This document shows, one piece after another, positions 26,851 through 40,937 of a stretch of DNA of 64,000 nt. The notes below the pieces were generated by a model. That model worked only from the letters and a program-made list of their open reading frames with translations. It searched no databases and had not been told where the DNA came from. Source of the DNA: Octopus vulgaris (taxonomy: Eukaryota); NCBI GenBank assembly GCA_951406725.2, contig OX597819.1, forward strand, positions 92,380,001-92,444,000, read 5' to 3'. The position numbers and the translations under genes were made by a program. Within the stretch, counting starts at the first letter, position 1; each line of letters begins with the position of its first letter.

Positions 26851-27050
26851 TATTTTACTACAAGCACAAACCTAGAAATTTTACTGAGTCGATAACGCCA
26901 GAGTGCTCAACTGGGACTTATTTTATTGAGCCTGTAAGGATGAAAGGCAAAGTCGATCTTGGCGAAATTTGAACGCAGAACGTAAAGACGAACGAAATGA
27001 CGCTAAACATCTTGCCCGGCGTGCTGACGATTCTGCCATCTCGACGCCTT
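26851..27050 (-). mobile_element. SINE family D
   Basis: aaggatgaaaggcaaagtcgatcttggcgaaatttgaacgcagaacgtaa..gattctgcca. Confidence 0.75.
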
Positions 27051-27625
27051 TGTTAGCGATAATGATAATGGTAATCATAGTAGTAATGGCTCAAGAAAGT
27101 ATAGTAATATTGAGCAACCTATGGTCATATTTAATGGATCTGAAATATCGAGTTCAAAGAGAGAAAACCTGTATATCAAAGGTATCAAAACTTAAAGGAG
27201 AAGAGATTTCAAGCTCAACACCTTATATTCACAATAGATGAAATGGGAAATTTTCGGATGAAAAGTCTTTCGATAACAGGCTTAACCCGTTATGTAATTC
27301 ATTTCCTCTTGTACTGGTCAAATATTGATAGTTTTACTATCGTCTATCTCTCTTTAAAATGTTCTCCTTTCTAAGTAATGCGGTATCATTTTGATAAGGA
27401 TAGGAAAGTGTTAAATTTCTCAATCAATGTTGAATAATAGTTGATCAAATATGGAGTCAGTTAATACGCATGATCACTGCATCGCTGAAGCTTGAAATGC
27501 CAACGTACCTGAAACGCGCGTAAGCGGATTACAGAAGGTATAAGCCTGTTTCTTTGTCTTTTTCTTCTATAATATACTATAATATACATATATACAGGCG
27601 TGCATACATACATACGCGCACACAC

Positions 27626-27666
<41 letters not shown>

Positions 27667-27732
27667 AATATATATATATTTATAAACATTTTAATATATA
27701 TTAAATAAATAGATATAAATGTTCAATATATA

Positions 27733-27766
<34 letters not shown>

Positions 27767-28157
27767 TTTAATATATATTAAATAAATAGATATAAATGTT
27801 CAATATATAATATATATACATATTGAATATATATATATCTACATATACATATGCATGCACATACAAACACACACACACATACATACATATATGTGGATTC
27901 GCTGAGTCCACACAATCATTCTATAGGTAGTCGATGTCATGAATCTGTGTCTGTGAATTAAAATTAGACAGAAATATCGCTCATATAGGAAAACATAGAA
28001 ATTGTGATATATTTACAGCCAATTATTTCGTAGTTTTGCAAGAGTTTCGTTAACTTCTCCTAAAGACATTCGTTTCTGTTTGTTACGAAGTGTATATCGT
28101 AGTTATAAGCATCTCTAATAGTTGATATACATACATACATTTATGTATATATATAAA

Positions 28158-29010
28158 GAAACATTCATCATAATACAAATATCAAATTCGAGTCAGCGAC
28201 TTTATATATAACACCATACCTCCAAATATTTGAACATATAAATATTACCATGGTTCTTAAACATATAAAATATACATGTATAAAAAACACAGAAGATATA
28301 TGCGAATAAAAATACAGATATATAGAACGGCTTATCAAAAAGGTATATACAATCGACTAAAAATGCTAAAGCATGTCATGCTACTAAAAATCTAAATAGA
28401 ATAAAATATAATATCAATCGACTAAAAAAATTTTCCTTACTCCCCTCCAAAAACAGAGTACGTCAAAAAGGTTAATTTCATAAAAACCATGTTAAGTTGG
28501 AGTTCAGGAGCAAAAAGAGTTCCACAAAATCAAGTCAAACACACTTATGGCCATTTCGGGAGTTCATTGTTCATCCTGAAGAGGGGGGTCATTGGCGAGA
28601 TGTACTTTAACTGTAATCGAACTCCCGAAATGGCCATAGGTGTGTTTGAGTTGGTTTTCTGGAATTTTTTTTGCTCCTGGACCCAAACCTACCATGGTTT
28701 TTATGCAATTAACATTTTTGATATACCCTTTTCTGAGGGGAGTAAGAAAAAAATTGATATTTTATTTTATTTAGATTTTTAGTAGCATGACACGCTTTAT
28801 ACTTTTTAGTAAAATGTATATACCTTTTTGATAGGCCGTTCTATAAATCTATATTCTTATTCGCATATATATTTTAACCTTCCGTGTTTGTTATAAATGT
28901 ATACTTTATATGCTTAACAAGCAGCGTAATATTTATATATGATCAACTGTTTGGAGGTATGGTGTAAAGTCGTTGACTCGAATTTGATGTTTGTTCTATG
29001 ATCAATGTTT
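28158..29010. mobile_element. Large foldback (~405-bp arms) with a hammerhead at its centre
   Basis: atcaaattcgagtcagcgacttta / taaagtcgttgactcgaatttgat; tgtcatgctactaaaaatctaaata / tatttagatttttagtagcatgaca; tatggccatttcgggagttc / gaactcccgaaatggccata. Confidence 0.85.
28572..28642 (+). ncRNA. Hammerhead ribozyme motif
   Basis: catc CTGAAGA ggggggtc..gaactccc GAAA tggcca TA ggtg; palindromic stem III ATGGCCAT. Confidence 0.7.
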
Positions 29011-29107
29011 GGTTTCTCTGTCTCACTTACATTTGAGCACTTCTTTTTTGCAGTCCTATGAACCAAAAATTACTCCTTGTCGAATGTATATATATATATA
29101 TTTTTTT

Positions 29108-29324
29108 TTGTACTTGTTTCAGTCATTTGACTGCGGCCATGCTGGAGCACCGCCTTTTTAGAGTGGTGAAAGAGTACAGCAGGGATCACCACCATCCCCT
29201 GCCGGAGCCTCGTGGAGCTTTTAGGTGTTTTCGCTCAATAAACACACACAACGCACGGTCTGGGAATCGAAACCGCGATCCTCCGACCGCAAGTCCGCTG
29301 CCCTAACCACTGGGCCATTGCGCC
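29108..29324 (-). mobile_element. SINE family B head (29160-29324) joined to a family-A-type tail
   Basis: ggcgcaatggcccagtggttagggc (A box) and ggtttcgattccc (B box); body matches 45615-45903. Confidence 0.8.
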
Positions 29325-29384
29325 TATATATATATTATATATATATATATAAAATCTTAGAGAATAGTAAAGTCCCAAATTTGT

Positions 29385-29607
<223 letters not shown>

Positions 29608-30820
29608 TACTTTTCTCGCTGGATTAAGTGTTCATTTCACTTTTTATCTTCTATATATATGAAGAATTTTCCTCTGTCTGGCTGTTTTTCTCTCTACAAA
29701 ACGGAAAGTTGCATCATGGAACAGTCATGTTAAAGAGATTTTTTTATCTATTTATCACCTGTCGAGATACGTCTGTACCACCGGATACTCCTGAACCAGT
29801 TTTTGTATGTCCCATAAGAGTTGCCGATGCTAGATGTGTCGAAACAATTGTTGTGATAAATAAGATATTCTCGTATATTCCATCTTCTGTCTTTCATTTG
29901 TTATATATGTATATAGATACATACATTCATATACACACATATTACTCACACATATACACATATACACACACACGCACGTACTCACACACACATATTTATA
30001 TACACACACTTCTAAATGTGTTTCTTACTATCGATCTGTCTCTTTCTCTGTCTATCCATTCATCTTCCTAAAAATTAGAGAATGTATTGAAAGCAGATCA
30101 CACAGGTTTTACAGTTATTTATCCTGTTTACAGAAGCAGTGAGTAGATAGAAACAACGATGTGTGTAGCTAATGCTTCGCTTAAAGAGTTAAACGAAAAT
30201 TAGTTAAAAACGTTGTGGAAATTAATTAGATAGCTAACTGATGTGAAATCTTCCTATAATTAATTATGTGTTGCACACTTTATTTATTTATTTATATATT
30301 TATTTATTTAATTATTACTTCTTAGGTGTAGGAGGATGCAGTTAGTAAAAATTATTTCTCATAGAACAAAAGCACAAGGTCAGCATTTTGGGAGTGTTAA
30401 CAGTTAATTAAATCGACTGCAGTACTTGATTAGTACTTATTTAACCGAACCTGGAATAGATGAAAGTCAAAGTTGAGTTGAGTAGGAGTTGAATTCAGAA
30501 CATACAGGGAGGGTAACGAAATACATGTAAGCATATATTTCGCTGTTATCTGGATTCCTCCATCCTACCAGCACCACTAGCATTTTCCCTTTCCAACTGA
30601 TACTAATGACACGATGCTTTGGTAGCGAATTCACTAAGTCAGTTAAGCATGGGATACATTGTGTTGCAGTATTGGTTCTGGCTTCCTGCTATATGAGTTC
30701 AAATACTGACAAGTTCATCATTGCTTTCCATCCTTTCGGGATCAATAAATAAAGTACTTGTCTTTTTTTATGTCTATTCTTTTCATTCTTTCTAATTGTT
30801 TGTTGGCTTCTCTCTTTCAG

Positions 30821-30869
30821 GAAGAAACCTGTTCAGGTCAAAGGTAAAGCGGGACGGGTCCCCTCATAC
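30821..30869 (+). CDS. Candidate 49-nt coding exon (..KKPVQVKGKAGRVPSY)
   Basis: Branch-like ttctaat, pyrimidine tract, tttcag acceptor and gtaaga donor; GC-richer than the flanks; open frame. An alternative donor aag|gtaaag lies at 30843. Confidence 0.55.
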
Positions 30870-32639
30870 GTAAGAATTCAATTCACACGTTATGCATCCT
30901 AACACCACATGAGGTTGCAGCCTAAGGAGTTGAGAGTCCAAGCCCATGGTAAAGACTGTAGTCTGTGTTGCTCAATTTTTAATCCAAATTTTCCAGCAAT
31001 ACATTTTGACTTTTATCATTCTGAATTTGAAGAAATAATTAGCAGTAACATCATAAGTGCTATAATTTATTGGTAAGCATGGCTGATCAAAATATCAGAT
31101 ATAGTAGCAGACAAATTCCTTCAAATCACACTAATGTCTTTGCGAAGGACTTGTGTGACATCCGTAGGCAAAACACTGCTTAGTTACAGTTGGAGTCATA
31201 CTCTGCTCGATGAAGACGGTTTTGGGTTCAGAGAACAAGAGCAATAGCAACAACAAGCTAAGAAATTAGCCCAAAGTTAGTTCTGAATGAGCAGTGATAC
31301 GATGAAAATCTTTGAAGCTTGTAATATTTTACGTCAATTATGAACTAATGCTTCATGACATGTACATAATGGATTATGACAGAAAATATTTATTTCAATA
31401 GATGTCTCTCGTATTATCACAATATTCATGAAATTAAAGTGGATTAGTATCCATGTGATCTGCTAGATGATGAAACTGACAGTCTTAATATCTTCGATGT
31501 TTAATCCAGTATTTCAATAAAGTCTTTATATATGACTTGTACACAATGGCAGCACAATTTGTATAATGACATTACACGTGTGTGAAAACAAAAATCAAAA
31601 CTCATTGAATACCTTAAAACAAGCTTATTTAAGTATGTAGGATATAGCGTTATTATTTTTTTCTCATCTGGGATATTTTTCTGTAATACTTTTTCCTGTG
31701 TTCATACATTTATCAAGATTTTTTTTATTTTTAAGGTAATTTGGTTGTTATTTCTAGCACATCAAACGACTATGTAGAGGTTTCCTTCTGTCTGTGCTTG
31801 ACGGTTCAACTGTCATGCTGGTGGTTTAAATTATTCAATCGAACCTGGAATTCAACATAAACAATATGAAATATGCTTGTACACCCTAGAATATAAAAAC
31901 AATATGAACGTACATACACTTACAAACAGACACATACACATAGACTCACACACACACATAAACATTGACACAGACAGTTTTCATTTTTCTCACGTTATTT
32001 GGCTAAGCCTTTTCCCACTGGTCAGTGGGGAATCACATTAACAAATGTTTTTCTGCATTTTCTTTCACCCTCCTAGAAATGGCAGCCATATCTTCCTCAG
32101 TGCATGCCTAATTACGGACGTTTTTACTGTTTCTTTTGCGACGCAATGCTGTTGATTTCATGCGTTATTAATCATACAAGAGAAAAAAATTGAGCATAAC
32201 TGTTTCTTTTTCTTCTCAAGACAGATAATTCTAACGACGTACAATGTTGCAATTACTGTCTTATTTTCTTAAAAACAGAGAAGATGCTTTTCGTTGTAGG
32301 AAAAATAAAAATGGACGGTCACGATTGGAATAATTTTGATCATAGAAGTACTCGATCTAGGTTACTCGTGGTTGCACAACAAGTTCAACAATAAGAATAA
32401 CAACAACAAAACAGTAACAACAGTAAAGACGGAAACAAAATCAAGAAAATCAACTACAATAACAAAATGGCGAACGGCGGCAACAAGAAGAAGCTGGGAT
32501 GTTGGAAAAGCAATTGCGAGACCCAGGTTTCCAATTTGATTAATTACTGAATATATTTCTGAGTAGGGTCCTGTTATTTAAATTTTCTGTAGACATGCCA
32601 TTTTCATTTCAATTCTTTGATTGCATTTAATCAGATTTC

Positions 32640-33997
32640 TTTAAATGTGTGTGTATATATGTGTATATCAGGGCTTCTGTTTCCGTGCTTGTTAATGTAC
32701 GAGTAATATGTGTGCGTGTGTGTGTATGTGTGTGTTTGTGTGTGCGCGTGTGTGAAAGAAGAAAGAGAGATAGAAGAAATAAAATCTATCACAGTATGAG
32801 AAGTGAGTACACGTGATTTAGGTATTATTAGTTTGAGAGCTGATCATTTGAATATGTGGGTGTAATGTGAAAGAGGAGAGACTAACGGGACAGAGAGATA
32901 AAGCAAGGTACAGCAATTGTGTGTATGTGAGTGGTGTCAGAGAGGAAGAGAGAGAGAGAAGAAAAGAGAGATAGAGACGAAAAGATAGCGAGAGATGCGT
33001 TACTTGTTGGAAATGATGGTTCTTGTAGACATGTGTATGTATGCATGTGTGTGCATGTGTGGGCGTGTGGAGTAAAGGAGCATCAGAAAAGAGGGAATAG
33101 AGAGAGAAAGAGAGAGACAGGGAAAGAGAGAGACAGGGAAAGAGAGAGAGAGAGAGAGAGATCAAGAGAAACAAACAGCTAATAGGAAATTATGTATATA
33201 TATATGTGCGTATCATGTATATGTATGTATGTCGGCTTGTATATATGTGTCTGTATGTGCGAATGTTAGTGTGTACGTAGAAGAGGGAAAAGGAAAGAGA
33301 GAGTGAGAGAAGGAATGGAGAAAAGGTGAAGAGTTAAAAGAGAGGTGGCATTTGGGGAGAGAGGAGAGAGGTTGGGGTCGGAATTGGGAGACAGTGAGAA
33401 AGGTTGATAAAGTGTCAGTAACAAAGGAACGGGAAAATAGATAACCTATCTGTTCTCAATCCTCTGTTTACATATGTGAAAGATGAAATATATAAAACTG
33501 AGGAAGACAGAGTAATAGTCAGGGTGAGGTAGACAGCGATAAAAGGAGACGGATAAACAGAGAGCCAGAAAGAGAGAAGTCCAAGAGCCAGAGGGTGATG
33601 AGGGAAGAGATAGCGTGTGCATATGTGTGTACGTGTTCATGTGTCTTTTTGTGCTAGTGTGTATGTGTGTGTGTTTGCATGTGTTTGCGTGTTTCGTGTT
33701 AATTAAAATCCTTTTGGAGAGTGTATGCTTCGTTGTTTTTGTTTATCAGTGTAAGTCAGTGGATAAAATCATTATCTGAATCATTGTATTTCTGTGTGTA
33801 TTTTCTGTATGTATGTGTGTGTGTGCGTTTTTATTTGTTTGCGTTTGTGTATGTGTGCGTGTTGGCGTGTGGGTCTTTTTTCTCCGTGTTTCGAAAATAT
33901 GCACGCGTATTACAGTCTCTCCATATGTGATTCAGAGAATACACATACACACACAAACACACACACACACATACATACAAATATCCCCATAGATACA

Positions 33998-34031
<34 letters not shown>

Positions 34032-34036
34032 CATAG

Positions 34037-34087
<51 letters not shown>

Positions 34088-34233
34088 AACATATTCAGTG
34101 TATGTGTTTGAGCGTCGGTTTTGCGGGTTTGTGTGTTTATGAATGGATACGTACGTACGTTTGTTTGTCTCTCCATATGTAATTCTAAGTGTCCATGTGT
34201 GTGTTTGTGTATGTTCTCTGTGTGTGCGTACTT

Positions 34234-34274
<41 letters not shown>

Positions 34275-34571
34275 TTTGTGTTGGTTCATGTGTATTTGTG
34301 CATATGTAGTCATGGATTGCAACACTGTGTTTTCATTATGAAATTCATTGTACGGGAGCTTATGCGTATATTTTGTATGACGCATGTATATAAGCATGCG
34401 TAGGGGTATTTCTGTGAATATGATAGTGAGGGTAAACTCATAGAGCGAGAGACAAAAAGAGGGAAGGAAAAAGAAGAGGTCAATGTCTGTGCATGTGTAT
34501 TCGTGTATATGTGTATAAACATGTGTAGGTGTGCTTCCCCTGTATCTTTAAATATTAAAGAAAAATGATAC

Positions 34572-34617
<46 letters not shown>

Positions 34618-34881
34618 AAGAGAGAGAGTGGGAAACAATAAGGGAGTGTGTTAGGGAGAAAGAACAATCGAATAAAAAAATTATGCGTACGTATGGATCT
34701 GTGTGTGCATGCGGAGTAAACATTGATTTGAAGATTACCTTTCTGATCTGATTAAGGGTATGTGATCGTATGAGAGATCTGAAAAGGAAGACATAAGAAT
34801 TGTGAGAGTAGACTTCTTTGTGTCTGTGTGTGTATGTCTGTGTGTTTGTGTGTGTGTATGATTGAGCGGAGAGAGTGGAAG

Positions 34882-34915
<34 letters not shown>

Positions 34916-35004
34916 TGAGAGAGAGAAAGAGATAGAGATAGAGGGGGATTGAGAGAGAGAGACAGAGACAGAGAGGAGTAAGACAGAGACAGAGATAGAG
35001 AGGC

Positions 35005-35043
<39 letters not shown>

Positions 35044-36215
35044 CAAACAATCATCAATTTGAAAAGTAATCTGATACTTTGCATGTTTACGTGTATGTAC
35101 GGACAATATATTCGATTTTCGCTAAATTTGTGCGTGAGGGTAAAACAAATAGAGAGAGAGAGAGAGAGGTGCGGGAAGAAAGAAAGAGAGAGAAAAAAAT
35201 CAGACAGAGAGCGGGAGAAGAGGTGAAAGAGTGGGAGAGAGAGAAGGAGAGAGAAAGAAGGAGAGAGAGAGAAGGAGAGAGAGAGAAGGAGAGAGAGAAA
35301 GTCAGTGTATCTGTTTGTGTCTGTCTATATAATCATACATATAATCATTTGTTTATATGTACATACATTCAACAATACATACAGACACATACATTTGTAT
35401 GTGCGCATACGTACGAATGTGTTTGTGTATCCGGTCATATATAAACATATGTAAAGTTATGACGATCGTGATAGTGTGTAACTCTCGGTGCGTGTATGGG
35501 ATACTTGACCAATCAGTTTGAAGATTCATCTACTATAATGTAGATTCAGGTGTATAAATGTACATGTATCTATGTATACACATATATATACATACATATA
35601 TATGTATATGTATGTGTTTTGATATATATATATAGACACATATACATGTATAATATATTTATACATGCATATATACTTACATATATATACATACATATAT
35701 ATAGACATATATATACATAAATATCTACATATATATATATATACATATATAAATGTATACATACATATTAATATGTACACACATATATGTGTATGTTGAT
35801 ATATATACATTCCTGTATATATACATATTTTTAATAGATATACATTGGCGGAGCGGGTGAAAGGAAGACATGTGTGCATGTGAACGTGTTAGTGCGTTTC
35901 TGTATGTGTGTATCTGTGTAGGTGTTTTTGTGTGCGTGTGAGTATGCTTCGTGGGTGCGAGGGAAGCGTTGTGTGATGTAAATAAATGCCGGTTTGAAGA
36001 ATCTTGCACAGAATAAGAATAATCTTTCTTGGAGAACATAAGCAAGACACGTACGAATATTGATCGTATTAAGCAACAAACTGACACACAAAAAACAATA
36101 ACAACTCCAACAAAAACAAGAACGAAAATCACAAATAATACGAACAACAACAACAACAACAACAGCAACAACAACAACACGAATCAACAACTATAAATAA
36201 CAACAATAACAACTC
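32640..36215. repeat. Compound simple-repeat field ((GA)n, (GT)n, (TA)n, (CAA)n) with no recognisable SINE/LINE copies
   Basis: Direct reading; accounts for the many spurious ORFs here. Confidence 0.85.
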
Positions 36216-36244
36216 CGAGAACAAAGATGAAGACCATAAGCTGT

Positions 36245-36300
36245 ACTCACTCAGACGAAGAAATGGCGGCGGAGTGCAATGTTGGCTACCGCTAATTGGT
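36245..36300 (-). promoter_or_regulatory. Candidate TSS-proximal region / non-coding first exon end
   Basis: YY1-like aaatggcggcgg (36261-36272), CCAAT on the minus strand (~36295), minus-strand donor ga|gtgagt (36245-36250). Confidence 0.3.
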
Positions 36301-37137
36301 GAACAGCATTGGAAATGGAATGATTTGTTTGTGACTACGTGTTAAGCAAAAGCTGTGACTATATAACCCAAGAAATATCAGATTATCCCTCTTGAGAGTC
36401 ATTGACAGTAAGAACAGTTTTATAGAATATACAGCTATCTGAACTGTGAGTGTGGAGAGAATGATTCTCTGGTGTTCGTCGTATAAATAATACATTATTA
36501 GAAGTCTTTTTGCAACCGTTTCTTCGCTTCCCGCTCTTCGTTTGTCTCATATTGTTAATATATTGAATTAGTGTTTTGCAAATCAATCAGCGCCTCTCTA
36601 TTAATGTGTCCATCTATCTACCTAATTATGTATCTGTCTACGCACTTGCATACATATTATTTAATATACATACACACACATATATTTATACAAATACATA
36701 TATATTTAGACATATATTTGCGTGTATGGGTATGCAGGTAAATATATATATTTGTATATATAGGAGTGAATAGACGAACAAAAGAAAAGGGCACTCAACT
36801 CATTCAGTAGGAGTTACATGTATTGTTATTTAAAACACTTTGATTCGGTCCCATGCGACTTAAAGTTTCGCTGGCTTCTAATAAGCCCAACTCGTTCAGC
36901 TTTAGATTACCGAATGTATGCGAGTCTGTGTCAGCTTGTATAAAAAAAATCGACCTGATGACTTCTTTTAAGCTGAGTATTTATTCTATCGGTCTCCTTT
37001 GCCGAACCGCTAGTTCACGGAGACGTAAACACATCAACACCGATTGTCAAGGGAGATGCGGTGGGGTGGGGTAAAACAAATACAGACATAAATATACACT
37101 ATACACACATATGTATAAATATATGTATGTTTGTATG

Positions 37138-37184
<47 letters not shown>

Positions 37185-37412
37185 GAAAGAATGGAGTGGA
37201 ACGAAGATGTTAACAAAATTCCTTTACTCTCGATAAACATAGAATAAACATGCTGACGATGAACATAGAATAATTCATTCACCTTGTATAAAATATTATA
37301 ATATATTACAAAATATTATAATAATCCAGGTTTCTCGGAGCACTGGGCCACTTGGTGTTGAATAGATATACTATTAAATTAGTATCTAATTCTCTCACCC
37401 TTATTAATTAAT

Positions 37413-37443
<31 letters not shown>

Positions 37444-37528
37444 TATATTCAATATGTGACCGCGTGTGTATCGTTGGCAAATTTTTTTTGCCTCCGTCTT
37501 CCCTTCCTCGGATCTTTCCTTTTTCTAT

Positions 37529-37563
37529 ATTTCTGACGAAGAGCTCCGCTCGAAACGTTAAAT
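37529..37563 (+). ncRNA. Minimal hammerhead motif (same family as 9945-9979)
   Basis: attt CTGACGA a gagc tcc gctc GAAA cg TT aaat; stems I and II fully paired. Confidence 0.7.
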
Positions 37564-39587
37564 CCTCCTTTCTTTCCTTCCTGAGCGTCTAATATCACTA
37601 TACCTGTTCTACGCCCTCGCGTTGTTGTGTTTCCATGTTTGTATGTATATATATATATATATATACATATATATTTATATATATACATATATATATATAT
37701 ATACATACATACATATACATTTATAAATTATTGAATAAGGTTTTTTCATTTTGCTCCATGTAACTTAAAGATTCCTGGAAACGTAAACGAACCTAGCTCT
37801 TCAGACTTAGGTAACCTAAGCTCAAATACCTACGTTGATTTTCGAGCCCGCGAATCTTTAAGTGGCATGGAACCGACTCAAACTGTTTTAAGTAATACAT
37901 GTCACTTACATCATTTTGTGTGAGTGTGTATATATATAAAAAAAAGGAAATGAAGAAAATGGTGACAAAATAATTTAAGTAGGGAGAGTTATAGGTGAAG
38001 TCTTACATTTGTTATGCTATCAAAGATATTTTTAAGAGATAGAGTTCTCTGATAGATTTTTTCTCTAAAAGAGGCAACAGATAAGAGAAAAAATCTATCA
38101 GAAGAACTCTACTCTCTTAAAAATATCTTTGATAACTTTCCAATTTCCCTTACAATTTCCATATCATCTTTCCACATCTCCTTTTTTAAATATATATATA
38201 TATATATGCGCGTGCGTGTATGTGTTTGTTCCTCCACCACCGCCTGACAACCGCTAAAATAAGTATTCTGTGGAGAATACATTCCACCTCTGACGGGTGA
38301 CCGGTCCGTCAGAGGATCACTCATTTTTGTCGAACGTAAGTAAATGTCGAACGATGCAAATGAGTGGCTCAACCCCGCATTGGTGGATATGATTTCTTTA
38401 TTTGCTTTCATGTTGAGAAAAGTAGATAAATATCCTAGAATCTTAACAATTTTTCAAGTCGATCACATGAAGGAAAGGTGTTCGCCTCCATCTTGTAAAT
38501 ATGGACCCTGGGAAGATAGCGAATTTGCGGGTCATAATTGTTAAAAGTCGTGAAAATATTTTATTTATTTTCAATTTTACATTAAATAATGAAGAACCTG
38601 ATATAAAACACACGGAACGCTTCAGGTTGGAATGCCTTTAGAGTAGGTTTACAAATATTCAACCATGTATCATCCAAAAATTTCTATTAACTCTGCTATA
38701 GTCTATGTTTTAATTTTTCATTTGTGATACGTTTTACATATCACATGAAAGAATATTTCTCCTTGATTACTGAATAGTGATGAATATGTAACGTTATCAA
38801 AGTAAAAAATGCAATGTGATCAAAAAGAGGCAACTAGGTATAAATAATGTGAAGCAATTTCTCGCGGAATAATAACAAATATAATTGAGGCAAAACCAGT
38901 ACCGTAAATATTCAGTTGTAGAGACAATTTTAAAAACGAAAATGCGTATTCACACAAAATAATTAGCTAAATTTTATTAAGTATAACACGAATGTTTGCA
39001 ACAAAGATCAGAAAATGTAATGTTCAAAAATTCATTATAGCATGTTCATATAAGCACAGTGCGTTATATAACAGCAGCAAATAGAAAGAAAATTCAAGGC
39101 AAATATTATGGTAAAATATGGAGAATTTGAAAGGAAAAATGCGTCTGTATGAGGGTTTGTGAAAGCTGTATACTAACTAACGTGACTTTTCTAGACAGTG
39201 TATGTAAGCTCTGATAGTGTGTAAATTAGCAGGAAAATTGTGAATGCAGGAGTGTTTATATACGTAATTAAATGGATCTGAAAAAGTACAAGACAAGGAG
39301 TGAAATCTTAGAAATATTGCAGTTGTGGATGGAATAGACACAAAAATGTTTTTAGTTTCATTCAAGAGTATAACTGTAATTCCCTCTTTAGATCCTAGTT
39401 CCCTCTCGAAAATATTTTATATGGAGATTCTTATATTTTACCCACCTCCTTGTAATAAAATATTGTACATGACAGGAGCTGTTTGAAGCACTCGTATGCG
39501 ATGGAAATGTTTTGACAGCCATAGCTGGGCTGACATTTCGCTATACAGAAACATGTGCTGATGTTTAAATGATTAAATAGGATGCAC

Positions 39588-39788
39588 TTAAACTTGCCTA
39601 GAAAAGTCAAATAGAAAACAATTTCGTATCAGCTTAGAAATAATACTTTCTGCTATATGCACAATGCCTGACATTTTGTTGGCTGGGAGAGGGGCATAGA
39701 CGTTGAGTATGTTTTCGTCAATCCTTTCATTAGAACTGACTTCCTTGCCATACCTGTTTCGGATCTTTACACAAGGAAATAAAATCAA
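39588..39788 (-). pseudogene. Possible very old LINE APE endonuclease relic
   Basis: Only the ILNVYAP motif is recognisable. Confidence 0.25.
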
Positions 39789-40904
39789 AATTTATTCTTT
39801 CTTGGGTCATTATAATAAAGCGCTGGTTCAGCCTGGAGCACGGAACGAATCGTTAAAATCTTCCTCTTTTAGTCTTGTGTTTGTAGAGATAAACGGCATC
39901 CACCGAACACGAACACTTGGTCGTTGTGCACATTAATGGTGTTCACTTTGTTGCAAGCGTTCGGATTGTGTCTCAGCTTTGAGGGTGAGTTCCTTGTGTT
40001 TGCGTCCACAGAAACAAGCGATAAAACAAAAATCCGATTGTTTAACCTATTATAAATAGGAGCCTGATGTCCCTCAATACACAGACTATCGTCCTAGAAA
40101 ATAACAGGACCGATACACCGGTTAGTATATAAGTTTTATATGTCTTTAAGAAATTAGTCCAGTACGTCCAGAATACATATCATGGATAAGAAACGAAAGC
40201 AAATTGGAAGATCGCTTTCTGCTGAATATATTTCATCGTAGAATTGCATGAGCGGAGTTGACCTGGCGATAAACAATAACAGAAGCAATGATAACAACAA
40301 CAATACCAAAAAAAAGAAGCGATTAATATAATAAAAACACTCAACAATAGGATCAACAAGAGCAACTACAGTTTACAATAACAATACCATAATTACTGAA
40401 GTAAAGTATATTTCCTTCTGTTTGCATTTAATATAAGAAAATTGCCTTCACTTTTTTCTCTCCCCCCCCTCTCTCTATTTGTCTCTTTGTTTAACTATCT
40501 GTCCGTTTATCTGTGTGAATATTTCTCACACTATTCATTCTCCATCGATATGGCACGCTTTCTCTGTTGTTCTCTCTCTCTCCCTCTCTCTACATACACA
40601 CATGATACATATACGCTTGCTGTATGTATATACATGCATATACGTACATATATATGTGTATATATGTGTGTGTGTATCCACTTTCGTTCCGCCTAGCTAT
40701 TCATTTGTGCACTTTCTAGAAGCAATTTCTTATCAAATACCTGCAATATTTATTGCTCTGATGATGTTAGACATATGTTAGCGGATAACACTAAGACGCC
40801 AAATCAGACTCACGTGGCAAACTTGTATAATGAAAACAATCATACGCATGCGTACATGTACAAACACACGCACGCAGACATAAGCACACACGCGCATATG
40901 TATG

Positions 40905-40937
<33 letters not shown>

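Larger units (their letters stand above)
23525..27573 (+). mobile_element. Decayed Penelope-like element with inverted pseudo-LTRs
   Basis: 23525-23800 is approximately the reverse complement of 27300-27573; both carry a relic HHR (TTGAAA..GAAAcgcgcgT) and enclose RT remnants. Confidence 0.75.

Noticed and set aside
29805-29860. Hammerhead (GAAAcaattgTT); similar half-motif at ~4220-4262
   Set aside because: The 3' half fits but the CUGANGA core is not intact.
36853-36903. Hammerhead on the minus strand (CTGAACGA..GAAActttaagTC)
   Set aside because: Extra core nucleotide and no stem I pairing; counted only as a relic.
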